Shown: positions 22,849 through 35,715 of the stretch, in pieces
Layout of the letters: every line of letters begins with the position of its first letter
Position numbering within the stretch: position 1 is the stretch's first letter
Assembly: GCA_965153455.1 (NCBI GenBank)
Contig: OZ234493.1
Location: 1,922,001 to 1,986,000, forward strand
Direction of reading: 5' to 3'
DNA: 64,000 bases
Origin: Sphagnum compactum
Lineage: Eukaryota
The notes under the pieces: generated by a model
Seen by the model: only the letters and a program-made list of their open reading frames with translations
What the model was told of the DNA's origin: nothing
Database searches by the model: none
Position numbers and translations under genes: made by a program

Positions 22849-25627
22849 TAAAACCAGTGTTTGGTCGCTACTTTACCCTCATGAAGAAAGAACCTCCGGT
22901 TCTGGTTCAAGAAAAATAAAATAAAAACTATCTCAAGTTTTGCTTCCCACATGTAAAATGAAATCCACAATCTAGTTTTGCGTCTGGATTTTTATTTTAT
23001 TTTTTATTTTTCTAAAATTCAGGTTTTGGGTTTTGAAAAATGAGAGTTATCGATTCCAATTTGGTTCTTCTTATTATTAACCCAGACAGATCAAAAACCA
23101 ACAATTAACTATCAGTCAACCCTTGGTAGAAGAACTAGTCACTTTTTTTTTCCTTTCAAAAATCTCATCTCAGTGTCCAACTCTGGTTCCACACCTAAAA
23201 ATACAACTGGAAACCTGGTTCCAGCTTTAGCTTCTGTCACTCTTTAAGAAAAAAGAAAACCTGGTTTGGTTACAGGTTCTTTCTTAAAAACCAGAATTGA
23301 AGAAATTCATGGTTTTATGGATACCCTACCTACCTACCCACCTACCTACCCACCCAACATTGGTTCAAACCACAGCCACCACCAACACAAGGCCAAAAAG
23401 GCTGGATCATGGGTAAAGAAAAGGGTTTTCAGGACTGTTGTTGGCTGGCTGGCTCATCAGCTGCTTCCCTACAAGAACCAAACAAGGACGTCGTGGTCGT
23501 GAAGCTTCGGGATGAAATGAAGCTTTCCATCCAGACGTAGAAAATAAGAAAAAATAAAACTTATAATAATGAAGAAAAACTCTACTTGAAAAAGAATGAG
23601 GTGTGTCTTCTTTCTCCAAACTTCAAACTTGCATCCAAATAAACAAAAATACAAAAGTGAAAAAGAAACACTTTATTTTTATTATAAATAATAATAATAA
23701 AAACAAAAAACACATAAAAATAAGAAATAAAAAAGATAAAAGTTTCTAGAAAAAACTAAAACATGAACCAAACATTGTTGAAATAACACACCTGTGCATT
23801 AGGCACAGGGTTCAAACTAGTTGCCAATAGATAAGATGTTGTACATGTACGATTTTGTGTCCACAGTCCAAACACCCAAAAAAATATTCGTTCCAATCTA
23901 AACAGTCTAAACACCAAAAAAAAACGAGTTCACCTAATGTGAAACTAATTTTTGACGGCCCATCTTAGATGTAGGTTGACTAATTGTCGCTGGTGTCAGC
24001 TGCGAAGCCAGCGTTCAGCCGGCACACTCGCAGGCAATCAGCTGCTCCCCAACTAGTTTTAATAAGGTAAAACTTCCAAAAGTTGAATTCGAATGAGATA
24101 GTCCCTTGTCCTTGTTTGTGGGGGTCAGGCAGGGCCCCAAGAAACCCCACAAGAGAAATGGGAAAATTATTCAGATTATCAAATGTTATGAATCAGATTG
24201 CCAACCGCCAGACAGAAAGAAATCATAATAATTCTTCTCCATAGCCGAAGAGAATTATGTTGTTGGTTTTGTTTTGTTGGAAGAATAACAATGAGGCAGG
24301 AGAGGACAGGATGATGATCTATTTCTCACTGCCCATCATCTTCCTGCAACAGGACAGTAGTAGGGCTTTAGACTTCTTCGATGATGCTGTTTTGCAGGAC
24401 ATGGTGGCACTCATAGGGTGGTGAGCTCATAGTACGTAAGCTTGAACAACCCGATTTCTTTCCACAGGACGCTGGATTTCAAAATATCTTGCTGTTCCCA
24501 TTTGTCTTCGCATTTGTTTTTCAACTTTTTATGTCTTCATCTTTTTTCTAAATTTTTTTTGTGGAACAAATGGACAAATCCAATGCAGACAGCAGCCAGT
24601 ACATGGATCAAAGATCAACAATGACAAAAGTCAATTAACCTCATCTGCGGAGCTTTGAGAAGGATCTGACAAGCTGCTTTTTGTGAAGAAGAAGCGAAGA
24701 AGGAGCATCTCATCATCTTCTTCTTCTTCTTCTTCTTCTTGTTTATCACACTGTTGTTGTTGCTGTTGTTGTAGTTCTGTCATCATCATCATCATAGCAC
24801 TCCACCACAGAATCTTTGCTTGCTACACGTTTCCTTCACACCCATCAAGCTCACAAGCTGAGTTGAGCTTTTGCTTGTTTTGTTTTTGGTCTTTGGGTGT
24901 GTGTGAGTTCAAGTTTAGAAGCTCCTTCTTCTCTCTTTCTTTCTGTCTGTGTTTTGAGGAGACTCAATTGGGGTTTTGTGGGTGTGTCTTTTTTGTGTGT
25001 GTGTTTTGTGTGGTAGTTTTTGAAGAACAAGTGTTGGGGAAGTGCAACAAGGGTAAGTTCGGTTTGTTTTTTTTTCGTCTTGGGTTTTTTCTTTTTTCTT
25101 TTTTAGGAGAAGGATGCATAGTAGTTGCAATTAGCGCTGATAGAGATTAGGAGAGGAGGATCTTGAGAGAAGGAGAAGGAATCACGGAGGTGGTGGTGGG
25201 TGGAAGACTGTTGAATTGAAGGAAACAAAAGTTTGTTTCAAAAGGGGCAACAAGCAGTGGAGAGCCGAAGGAGAAGAAAGAAGAGCGAGGAGGAAGGAGA
25301 AGAAGCAGAAGCTAGAGCGAGGAAGGAGAGGGAAGGCCTTTTCATGGTGTATGTAAGTCACGTTTCCAAAGAAGCAATTCTCAGGAAGCAAGTGACCTCG
25401 GAGCAGCAGCAGTAGATTTGGAGGAGGAATAGCGCGAAGATTGATGTTCTGAGAAGGAGAGAGAGTAGGGAACAGCGAAGGAAAGAGGAGAGAAGAAGAA
25501 TCATCATCATCATCATCATCATCACAAGCTTAGCTTCAATCCTTAGAGAAATTTGGCAAACTAAAGGAGAATTCTTAAGGAGGAAAACAAAATCTGGGAC
25601 GTCAGCAAGCTTGAAACTGTGGAGAAG

Positions 25628-28600
25628 ATGCAGCACTCAGCAATAGGAAGAGGAGGAGGGACAGGGACAACAGGAAAAGAGAAACTACACAAGGATTCAC
25701 AGCTGCAAATGGCATTTACAAACAAGCAGAGTAATTTTGTGGCAGCAGCAGGAGGAGGCGAATCTACACCATTAGCAGCAAAGCTCCAACAAGCATGGCT
25801 GCAATCACAGTTGCCTAAGGGACAGGATAGTACTCCACATTCCTCATCCTTTGATGCTGAAACTCGAGCTTTTGATGCTGAAGCTCAAGCTTTTAACCAG
25901 AAAAGCAGAGAGCCTCTGACAATGACAACATCAACAACAACATCACCATCGTCATCATCGTCATCATCATCAAAGACAATGACAACAACATTTACAAAAC
26001 CAACACCACCAACAATAACATCAAAGCAGACATCATTGTTTTCACATCTTCATAAGAGTTCTTATGGTGCCCCACCACCAATTCTCCATTCCTTCTCCAC
26101 CCATGATGCCAACTTGAACAACCATATGTCGTTTTTTTCTGAAGACCCTTATTCTGTGGGAAATTCAAACTCTCCAACCAGAGGGCCAGAATCTCTAGCA
26201 TTCCTTGATGAGATGCTCATGCAGGAGGAGGAAGATATCGACTCAGAGCAATTGTATATGAATGAAGAAAGCATGGACTACAATGAGATGCAAGTAACAT
26301 TCCTTGATCAAATGCTCATGGAGGGAGATGTTATGAATGGCAGCAAGCCATGTCTGTACCAAGAAAGCACTGCATACCAAGCCGTGGAGAAGGGTTTTGC
26401 CGATCTCATCAATGAAGGTTCTCTGTCGACTAGTACTACTAAACCGAGCTACTACAGCTTTGTGAATAGCAGGGAAGAGGGGGCAGCAGCATGGGGTGCA
26501 CAAACAGAGTGTAATAATGTAGGGTGGAATCAATCTCTCGACTTTAATCAGTTGTCAGAAAAAATTTACGAAGATGATGTGCTGAATGATTATGCAGACA
26601 TTCTGAGTCGGCATCTTGGAGAACTGGGTCTTGAGTCTTCTACAAACATCTGTAGCAATAGCAGCAACAATGATGCAAACCACACAGGTGTCCTCATGCA
26701 TGAAACTCATAACCCTAGAACCATTTACAAGAACATGAGCCAAGAAAGTACAAGCACTGGGGTGGGCATGAATCTTCCTCAAGGAAGTAACATTGGTGTG
26801 TTGCAACACAATGCCAAGTTTGCATTTGATAGTGGCGATGAGCATGACTTGACAAATTTGCTTATCACGTAAGAGAACAACACATGCCCATACAAGTATG
26901 ATTTCAATTTTGGAATTGTTGATGGACAATGTCATGCATGCAGTGCTGGATCTGAGGTGACAGAGAGAAGTTATATCCTCAATTTTCTTTTCTCTAAAAT
27001 CTAACACATTGTATGTCCACCCACAATTGCAGATGTGCAGAAGCGGTGAAACAAAATGATGTCAGGAAGGCTAGTAGAATCATTGAAGAGCTTCGTGCTC
27101 TTACATCACCTTCTGGAAGTGGTGCGCAACGCATGGCTCATTACTTCACAGATGCATTGGTAAGATTTTTGCCTTGCTTATGCACTTTGCCTTGCTTTTC
27201 TCGCGATCTCTACTGGACATTGAGAGGTTGGGTATTTGGTGTTGGAGGTGCAATACATTCTAGATTGTCACTTGCGCTCCTACCCATGTGTTTTTTTTCA
27301 TCTATTTTTGCTGAATGCCTTTTGGATGAATTGAATATTCTAGGTTGCTAAAATGTTTGGAACTGGTCCACAACTTTCTGCTGCACTTCGCAACAATGCC
27401 CCTTCACCTGCTACGATGTTGCGGGCCTATAAGGCACTTGTGCTGCATGGTCCATACTTGACACTTGCCCATTTCAGTAGCACTGTTGCAATCCTGAATG
27501 CTTTCAAGGGAGCGACCCGAGTGCATTTGGTTGACTATGGCCTCAATTATGGAGGCCCATATCTGAGTCTCATTCAAGAACTTGCAAGGAGACCAGGAGG
27601 GCCACCCAATCTTCGAATCACAGGTGCTTGGGTCATCTCTTGTCAACTTCTCCTATCTCTTTTGTGAATATCTCTAGGGTACAAATCAGAGTTCATGATC
27701 ACAATTCATTGTTCCATTATTGTCGAAGTGTTGGGTTGTAGTGATTTCTTTAAAATCTTGCAAATCTTAAAAACAACTTTTAGAATGGTTTTTCATGATG
27801 ACTTTTGTGAGAATTCAGGAATAGAGCAAGCACTTGACACAAAGTGCAAGCCATCAGAACTCCTAATACGATGTGGTCAAAGGCTCTCTGAGTTTGCAAA
27901 GACATTGGAAGTGCCATTTCAATACACGGCAATTGCTGACAAGTGGGAGAATGTAACAGCAACCCAACTTGGTCTAAGGCCTGATGAAGTGCTCGTAGTC
28001 AATGTAGCTTACAGACTCTCCAACCTTTTGGATGAATCTGTTATAGTAGCAAATCCTCGCCAAATGTTTCTAAACAAGATCCGAAGCATGAATCCAAAGG
28101 TAAATGCCAATCACCAAAAGGTTAAATTTACATGGATCTTGCTATGTTATTGTTCTCTAAGTTGAAACACTTGTTCAGATCATGTAGTTTTCTATTGGAA
28201 ATGGTTGTTGGTTTCTTTTGCTTGAACACATCTTCTGTGAGCTCAATGGGCTCTACCTCATAATTTCACACATCATCAACAATATTCCACATTCTACATA
28301 CATCTCATTAGTGTTTTATTTGAATTGTGCAGGTTTTTGTAGCAGTAGTGGCAAATGCAAGTTTGAATGAGCCTTTCTTTATGTCTCGTGTTCGTGAGAC
28401 CATCAAGTATTATTCAATACAGTTTGATACACTTGATGTAATAATGCCCCCCTATCTTAAGGAAAGATTCTTAATAGAGCGGGAGATTTACGGTCGAGAG
28501 ATCCTAAACATTATTGCTTGTGAGGGTCTCGAAAGAGCGGAGCGACCTGAGTCCTATAGGCAATGGCATAGCCGCATTCAACGAGCTGGCTTTGTTCAAA

Positions 28601-28749
28601 AGCCACTACAACTATCCGAGACCAATACAATCAAGTCCATACTGCGCTCCTATGACAAACGCTTTGGCATTGGACGAGATGGTGGTTGGTTTCTTTTCGG
28701 ATGGAGCAATCAAGTCATGAATGCGTTCTCAATATGGGAGCCAACCTGA
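25628..28749 (+). CDS. GRAS transcription factor, LISCL/SCL14-like; exons 25628-26868, 27033-27159, 27344-27623, 27819-28099, 28333-28749, about 781 aa
   Basis: All four introns are GT-AG and keep frame. GRAS motifs: LHRI (LTNLLITCAEAV...GSGAQRMAHYF), VHIID variant VHLVDYG, RPGGPPNLRITG, NIIACEGLERAERPESYRQW and a C-terminal SAW variant SIW. The N-terminal FLDQMLME...KPCLYQESTAYQAVEK motif matches the LISCL/SCL14 clade. The start ATG is uncertain (25628 or 25709). Confidence 0.93.
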
Positions 28750-30628
28750 CGACTAATTGTTTATTAGGTTATGTTTCATATTTTGTCTCTTTCTCTCTCT
28801 CAAGCTCATCTTTGAAGCTACCCATTAAATACTCACATGTGAAGTATTCCAAGTTGATCTTATTCTTATTATGTCATGCTAGTTTTCTTTTTAGGAACAT
28901 AACATAGATGAATATTGAGTAAGATGAAATGTCTTGTGGTTCTTCTTCAAGACACAACTGATTGTGTGCATGCAAGGAGTGACATTTTTTGTTTTCCATC
29001 CTAGAAAGAAATATGAGTTAATGTAATAAAGTACTCATATATATCCATGGAAAAACTCTTGATACCGATTACCACAAGTTCCATATGATTCTCCACAACA
29101 TGTTCACCACCTTCTTGCCTTGAAGCACATAGCAAGTGCCAACAAATTAAATCAAGCTTTGACAATATATCCATTAGTGTTATTACATATGCTATGAACT
29201 ATTTGGAACTATATGAGAACATAATAGGGGGAAAAATTTAGGCGAAGGGAGAGCAGAGAAAATGAGGGGATCTTACTCACTTTAGAATCTTGCCCCCTTT
29301 GGGCAAAAGCATTACACTTGTTTTCATAAAAGAAAAGCTTGGGTTTGCCCATAACTCAGGAGTAGACAAAACCTCTTTGTCCACAAGTGAGGCAAACCTT
29401 TTTGCCCATTAAGGCCAGTTAAACCTTTCTGTTATGAAAGCCACAAAGTGGAACAAAATCTGCCTGAAACTCTTTTTTGTGTTGCAGACAATCATAGCTT
29501 TTGATTAATTGTAGTAACATTCTGGATCAATTTGTCATGTTGTATGACAAATTGTATGTTACTGTGCTGAAGCAAAATGTTCAAGCATGTGATTGAAAGT
29601 CCTTTACATTACTACCATTTGAACATGTGTGTATATGCATTGCCCTTTCGAACTATTGTGCCGCTAAGATCAACCAAGTCTTATCCCAGTGATGAAATCA
29701 TCATCATGAGATTTGACCTCTCAAAACCTTTTGCCAAGGACACACATTTTCTACATCATATCCATTCACCAAACAAACCCAAATTGAAATCTCTGAATTT
29801 TTTGAACTTCCATGCTTAACAACATGTTCTTTGGACATTAAATCTCCAGTGCAGTTTCAGACGTAATAATGTCTGATTTAAACATGACTGAAAGAGGATA
29901 TTTAGAAAAAACTCAGAATACTTGAATAGCACAAAAATTGAATTTTGTCAAGCGTGAATTTTGACATCTGTGGTGGGACGCCCTTGAGATAACCCTGAGG
30001 AATCCCAGGATTCAAAGAAAGAAATCTCAATTCACAATAGTTCACAATAAATCTGAAATAAACATACCAAGAGTTACAATAACTTTCAACCTTCAACACA
30101 TCATAGCACTGACATATGTCATTCCCCTGGCATCACTGTGTATACCGAAGAGATAGGCAAATCATCACTCACCCAACATGAGTCCATTCTTGAGAGATCA
30201 GAGTTTCACAGGCTTTTCCTTTACACAATCTATATGTATGCAGTTTGAGACTGATGATACTACAGGCAGCAAGTAGGCAGGCTTTGGTGCATAAAGTGGG
30301 AGATAGATGATACTGCAAAGCAGAAAGTAGGTGTTTCTAGGAGCTTTGTTTTACAAATTTTAGCAGTCTTTTGCAGGCATTTGCAAACACCAGTACTGAA
30401 TTCCAACCTTAAGGAAGACACAGAATGCCACAATTGTAGGTCATCTGGGTGAATTACACCCAAAAATTCCTCGATTTACCTTGGGTAATGCAATGAATTC
30501 CTGTGGTCATGAACTACGGGCTTTATTGCAATTCTTGAAAAGATTTCCTTCCTAGTTATAAGGCTAGCCTACAATTGCCATGAGCTGAGAAGAAATGATG
30601 AGTGGGGTATTATGCAAAATTGGAAACA

Positions 30629-33600
30629 TCACAAAATTGAGAAAGATGCAGCAGCTGATCGTAGAGTAATACCCACATCCTTCCACCTGGATTGTGGAGC
30701 CATCGCTCCAACCACATAAACCTGCCACATTTCATTGTTTTAGCATAGTTAAGACGGAGACAAATACAAGACCCCAAACCCTTTTCTTAACCGTCAAAAC
30801 TTGACACAAAACCTTGTCCTGAAATGCAAACCTAAGAAGGGCATTGAACCATAAGCCCATGACATAAGCCAAACCAATGTATGTTGCAAGAACTGTGTTC
30901 AATTTTGCACAATCACACAAAGAACACCCAGTTCAAGAATCAACTTACATTTTATTGCACTCAGAAGGTTCTTAAACATGTAGGCATCTCCAATCTGAGA
31001 CTGTTTACAATGTAGCTAGAAAACTTTGGATACTGGGAAAATTCCCCAATTCTAAACAGGATCATATTTGGGACTTGAGTTTCCATTGACAGGACAATAT
31101 AGTCCAGTATATATAGAAAAGAAATTGGAATAATGACTTACCCTTCCAGCTGCGGCAGCTGCTGACATGGCAACCTGCTTATCTTTTGATACAAATTCAT
31201 AGAGGTAGTACTTCCTGATCCATAACAGAATGACATTAGTTGCATGCATGATTCACAATTGATCCTTTCAAACAAGGAAAAAAATCTTAATGTAAGTGGA
31301 GGCTTCTCAAATGATCTTCTAGTCCCTTGAAGAAGTGACTAACCTAATAGCTATCTAGGCACTGCAAGCAACCACCAGATACTAGTGTGGATTGAGAACA
31401 ATTGGTAGAATTGCACAAAGAAATTATCAAACAAAGGAAATGCACCTGGGGACTCGTGTATCTGCTGAGTTCATAATGCGTGCTGAAAGTATCTTTGATC
31501 CTGCTGCACTTTCCCAACTAATCCATCAGCACAGAAATTCCAATACAAGCTTCTATTCCAACTGCCTATCAAAGATGATCAGCATGCAAGGGTCAGGATC
31601 TCACAAGACTAGACTAAGGCAAGAAAATACAGTTGATGACTTCATGCATCACCTAATTCAGACCTGAAAATCCATTGCCATATACTACAGAACCAAACAA
31701 TACTCAATAAAAAAGACACTTCCCTTACCCTGATGTCCACTCGTGTGCAGAGTTCTGTGTGCTATTCAAATAAAAGACCAAGAAATTTTACACACAAGCT
31801 GATATACGTGGAACCATGCCCTAAAAGGCCAAACATTGAACAAACTAAACATTCTAGTGCATGGAGCATCCTTCCCAATAATTTCTAACCAAATGTGCAA
31901 ATTTCTTGATATAAAAATCACAGGAGTAGATGCAAGGACAGTACCAGGAACAAAGATGCCTGCCACCTCTTTTAAAGAGCCAAAATCACTAATATCTTTT
32001 GTCTGTCACCCAAATCCCCATAGTTCCACACCATCCTTGAGTCATCTGCAAATCTGATGGCCCAGTAGGCCCAAACTGTGGGCTGATTGGCCAAACTTTC
32101 TAGGCAATACAACTTTAAGCCTATCTGATAAAGCTTCTCCATTTCTTGGGTACATGGCTTATACTGCCAGGAGGAAATCAAGCTACATGTGTTGTTGCAC
32201 ATCTTGAAAAGGTTCTGGCCTGCATGTAGCACAACTACTACATGAATAAAGGAATGAGAACAAGGTAAAGAGGTTGAAATGGAGAGACCATGGCACTGAC
32301 TGACCTCAAAGAAGGAAAGCCTGAGTTGTGATGCTTGCCGAATAACCACACTCAGTACTTCCTGTCTGTAAACCTCAAACAATCATCCATTCTCTCAACA
32401 TTGAGAATGAATGCAGATAAACCTTTAACGACTAATTTGATAGAATCAACTGTAGAAGGCTCTCAAATTCTCTTCTCAACAATTTTTGCTATATTGTGCA
32501 CATTCAAGTCTTGGATGATCAACTTGGGTATCAGAACAAAATCACATTGGAGAGTGAACCTGTGGAAGGTGAGAAGGAGAATGATGGAAAAGCAGATGCC
32601 TGTCGGGTGATGCAAAACGTGCTGCAAAGGGCTTCTCTTTTGCACGCTCTCCATAAAGTGAGGTACCCCCTTCCTGAAATATCCACCAAAAGATTTTGCA
32701 CCCCATCCATCTATGTCATTTCCATACTTGCACCAAGGTGCTTTACAAGTTAGAGTTCAGCTCTACAGATTTACCTATTTCATGTTTTGCCCCAAATTTC
32801 TTCACAAATGAGACAGATCCTAGGGTAGTGCCATCAACCACTGGCTTAAAGCCTGGTGACATAATACAAGGCTCATAATCTGCTGCGAGGAAATTACAAT
32901 CACCAGATATACAATAGATGATGACAACAGAAACAGGAAAAGAAAGAAGAACAAGTAAACCCCAAAGAAAAGGAAATTGGTCTTCTGTTCACTGAGGAGA
33001 TTGAAGGTACCCACTTACATCAGGCTCAACAATGTCCTCAAACTCAGGAGGAACCTTAATAGCAAAGCCATCTCCCCTGAAGCGATACCAAGATTCTGTC
33101 TCCACAATTGGCTTCCTTACTTCACTAACAGATGGGGTCACTGAGGGCCTGACAATGCCTGTAACATCAGCAGCCTTTGATATTGATTCTGATGCCTCCA
33201 ACTCTGAGGCTACCGCATGGTTCATAGAAAGATCAAGAAGCATCATAGGTGCCAATAAAGCTGCTGATTGAAGAAAAATCCTTCTTGGAGAAGTCAAAGC
33301 ATCACCAGCTACATCAGATACATGTCCCTGGATATCAAACAATTATAGCTCCTTTTTAGAACACTTACAAGGTGATAATTGTATTCTAGCACTCTCACTA
33401 TCTTGTCATGTGAATTCAGAACCAAAAAGCACTTTGATCAGTAACTGGGACAAGAAACTAAACCCTAAACCATAAAACCCTAAACCATGAACTTCGTGCA
33501 ACACATTCGCTTTCTATTTTGCAGCAAATGCAACAGTGAGTAAGGAAACAAACCGTTTTCATCAGGATACAGAAAAACATGGCTTTCAAAAGCCTCTATG

Positions 33601-34312
33601 AAATTATGCATTCCAGCACCAAGCTAGCTTCCTTAAAAGAGAAAGAGAGCATAAAAATTTGCCAATGTTGTTCAGAAAAAATTAGCTGGTGGTGAGTGGG
33701 AAGCCACAACTTCACAAATGCAGAAGAATGACACAAAAGTATCACTTTTCCATCGGATTTCATATATACCCAAATCAAAAGTTGCAAAAATGAATGTGGA
33801 ATTACTGGAGAATCCCACCGTCTAGAAATTATGCATACTGAGTTTCTACCACATTCTTTCTGGGAAGAACAGGAATGATTTGGAGATGCTGAATGGCATC
33901 GTAGTAAGCAACTACCTTCTCATCAACAACTGGAAGAAAGAATGTCTAGCCATCTGAGCTTTTCCTTTGCAGTGGAGACACAAAAGAGATCGATCCTGGA
34001 ACACAAGTCCGTCAAGGTGAAGAAGGTATTTTGGCGTTTTGCATTTACCTCCATAGTCAGGCTCGGTGCTGGAGGTGGTGGTGGACTACCGCTTGATTGC
34101 CATTCTCTTGTGGTCTTACCCGAAGCAGCTCCATCGCCGCCTCCATAACAAGAGGATTGAGGAGTAGGAAGCCAAACCCTAATTCTCGTGTGTGGAAAGC
34201 ATGTCCCGGACACTGATGAATTCAGACTAACGTTATTGTTGTGCCTGAATAATTGTGAGCTCATAAACGTCGAGGAGGAGGAGGAGCAACAGAATCCTAC
34301 ACTAGACGCCAT
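30629..34312 (-). CDS. PPD5: PsbP domain-containing protein 5 (thylakoid lumen); exons 34312-34049, 33327-33019, 32673-32600, 32365-32305, 32002-31945, 31500-31446, 31214-31142, 30721-30629, about 328 aa
   Basis: Ser-rich transit peptide, then a twin-Arg Tat signal (SPRRIFLQ...HAVA). The spliced C-terminal half reads WYRFRGDGFAIKVPPEFEDIVEPD / EGGTSLYGERAKEKPFAARFASPD / RQEVLSVVIRQASQLRLSFFE / TKDISDFGSLKEVAGIFVPG / SKILSAR... / KYYLYEF...GR / VYVVGAMAPQSRWKDVGITLRSAAASFSIL*, collinear with PPD5 as I recall it. One splice donor is non-canonical (see findings). Confidence 0.88.
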
Positions 34313-34696
34313 GGCGTCGTTGCTATTTTAGCGATACTCTGGCATGAGCTTTGCATCAAGAAGATCGTATGCTTGCTTGCTTGCTTGCTTGCTTTTGGTC
34401 TCTTGCGATGGTCGGACTGATCCTCGATAAGATAAGGTGCAAGGACAGTTTCATGGTCTTCATCATCCCGCCTTCGGCTAGTGAACGGACGACGACGCAA
34501 AAGCGGAGCCGTGAACTTCGTGTGTTTGCTGCAAAATCGGATGCAGATGGAGGAGCCTTCAGTGTGTGTACAGCAGTGGAAACGCTGCCGCTGCTCTGAT
34601 CTTCAACGCTTTTGTTGTTGGATCTCTACAAGGAGTCGAGCGTGAAAACAGGAATCGTTAAAGCACATGAGAGAACATAACAATAAGCACAGGAAG

Positions 34697-35715
34697 CGGA
34701 AGACTCCGGGAGCGAGGGAGAACTCAGGTTTGGGACGTAAGCTCCTTGCGGTTTTTCCTTTTCTATTTTCTTTCTTCTTTTTGTGTTCTCTTGTATTGGA
34801 ATTGAGTTTTTGTCAGAGACTTTTGCATGACTCTTTTCTTGTGCATCGCTCTCTTTTACAACAGAGAAGAAGAGCGCAAATGCAATTGCAGATCCCGGTG
34901 ATCGCATAAATGGAGGAGAGCCATGAGCAAACGTTCCAAAAAACAGGTTCCTGTTCTCGGGTTCTCAGAAGACTCCGAGAGCGAGGGAGAGGGACGGCTT
35001 AGGACTTATACTCCTTGCGGTTCTTCCTTCTCTATTTTCTTCCTGCTTGTTGTGTTCTCTTGAATTGCGATTGAGTTTTGTCAGAGACTTTTACAATGAG
35101 TCTTTCTTGTGCATTACTCTTTTGCAATAGAGAAAGACCGGAAATGCAATTGCTGATCCGAATGATCGCATGAGTGGAAGAGAGCCATGAGCAAAGTTAC
35201 AAAACACGTTCCTGTTCTCGGGTTTTCTGAAGACTCGGGGAGCGCGGTAGAGCTCGGATTCAGGACTAAGGCTCCTTACGGTTTTTCCTTTTTCGATTTC
35301 TTCCTTCTTGTTGTGTTCTCCTGCTTTGCCATTAAGTTTTGTTACAGCTTTCAAATGAATTTTCTTCTGCACCGCTCTTTTGCAACAGAGAAAGACCGCA
35401 AAGGCAATTGCACATCCGAATGACGGCATAAATGGAGGAGATCCATGAGAAACCTTCCAAAAGAGGGAGAGCCGGGATTCAGGACTTAAGCTCCTTGCGG
35501 TTTTTCCTTTCTCTATTTCTTCCTTCTTTTTGTGTTCTGTTGCTTTGCCATTACATTTTGTTACAAACTTTTACATGAGTTTTTTTCCTGCATCACTCTT
35601 TTGCAACAGAGAAAGACAGCAAATGCAATTGCAGATCCGAATGATCGCAATGAATGGAGCAAAGCCACGAGTAACCTTCCAAAACAAGGTCCTATTCTCG
35701 GGGATCTCCGAAACT
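34697..35715. repeat. Diverged tandem array, ~260-270 bp x 4
   Basis: The block GCTCCTTRCGGTTTTTCCTTT...GCAAATGCAATTGCAGATCCGAATGATCGCA recurs with units starting near 34700, 34970, 35230 and 35460 (the last has a deletion). Confidence 0.9.

Noticed and set aside
24683-25636. Several ORFs upstream of the GRAS gene
   Set aside because: Low-complexity, SSR-derived frames typical of a 5' UTR or leader intron.
25628-28749. miR171 target site in the GRAS gene
   Set aside because: I saw no GATATTGGCGCGGCTCAATCA-like site, and the gene is LISCL-type rather than HAM-type.
31729-32879. Possible extra PPD5 exons at 31729-31754 and about 32775-32879
   Set aside because: The protein is complete and collinear without them. 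The second has an in-frame stop in the required phase and the first would break frame.
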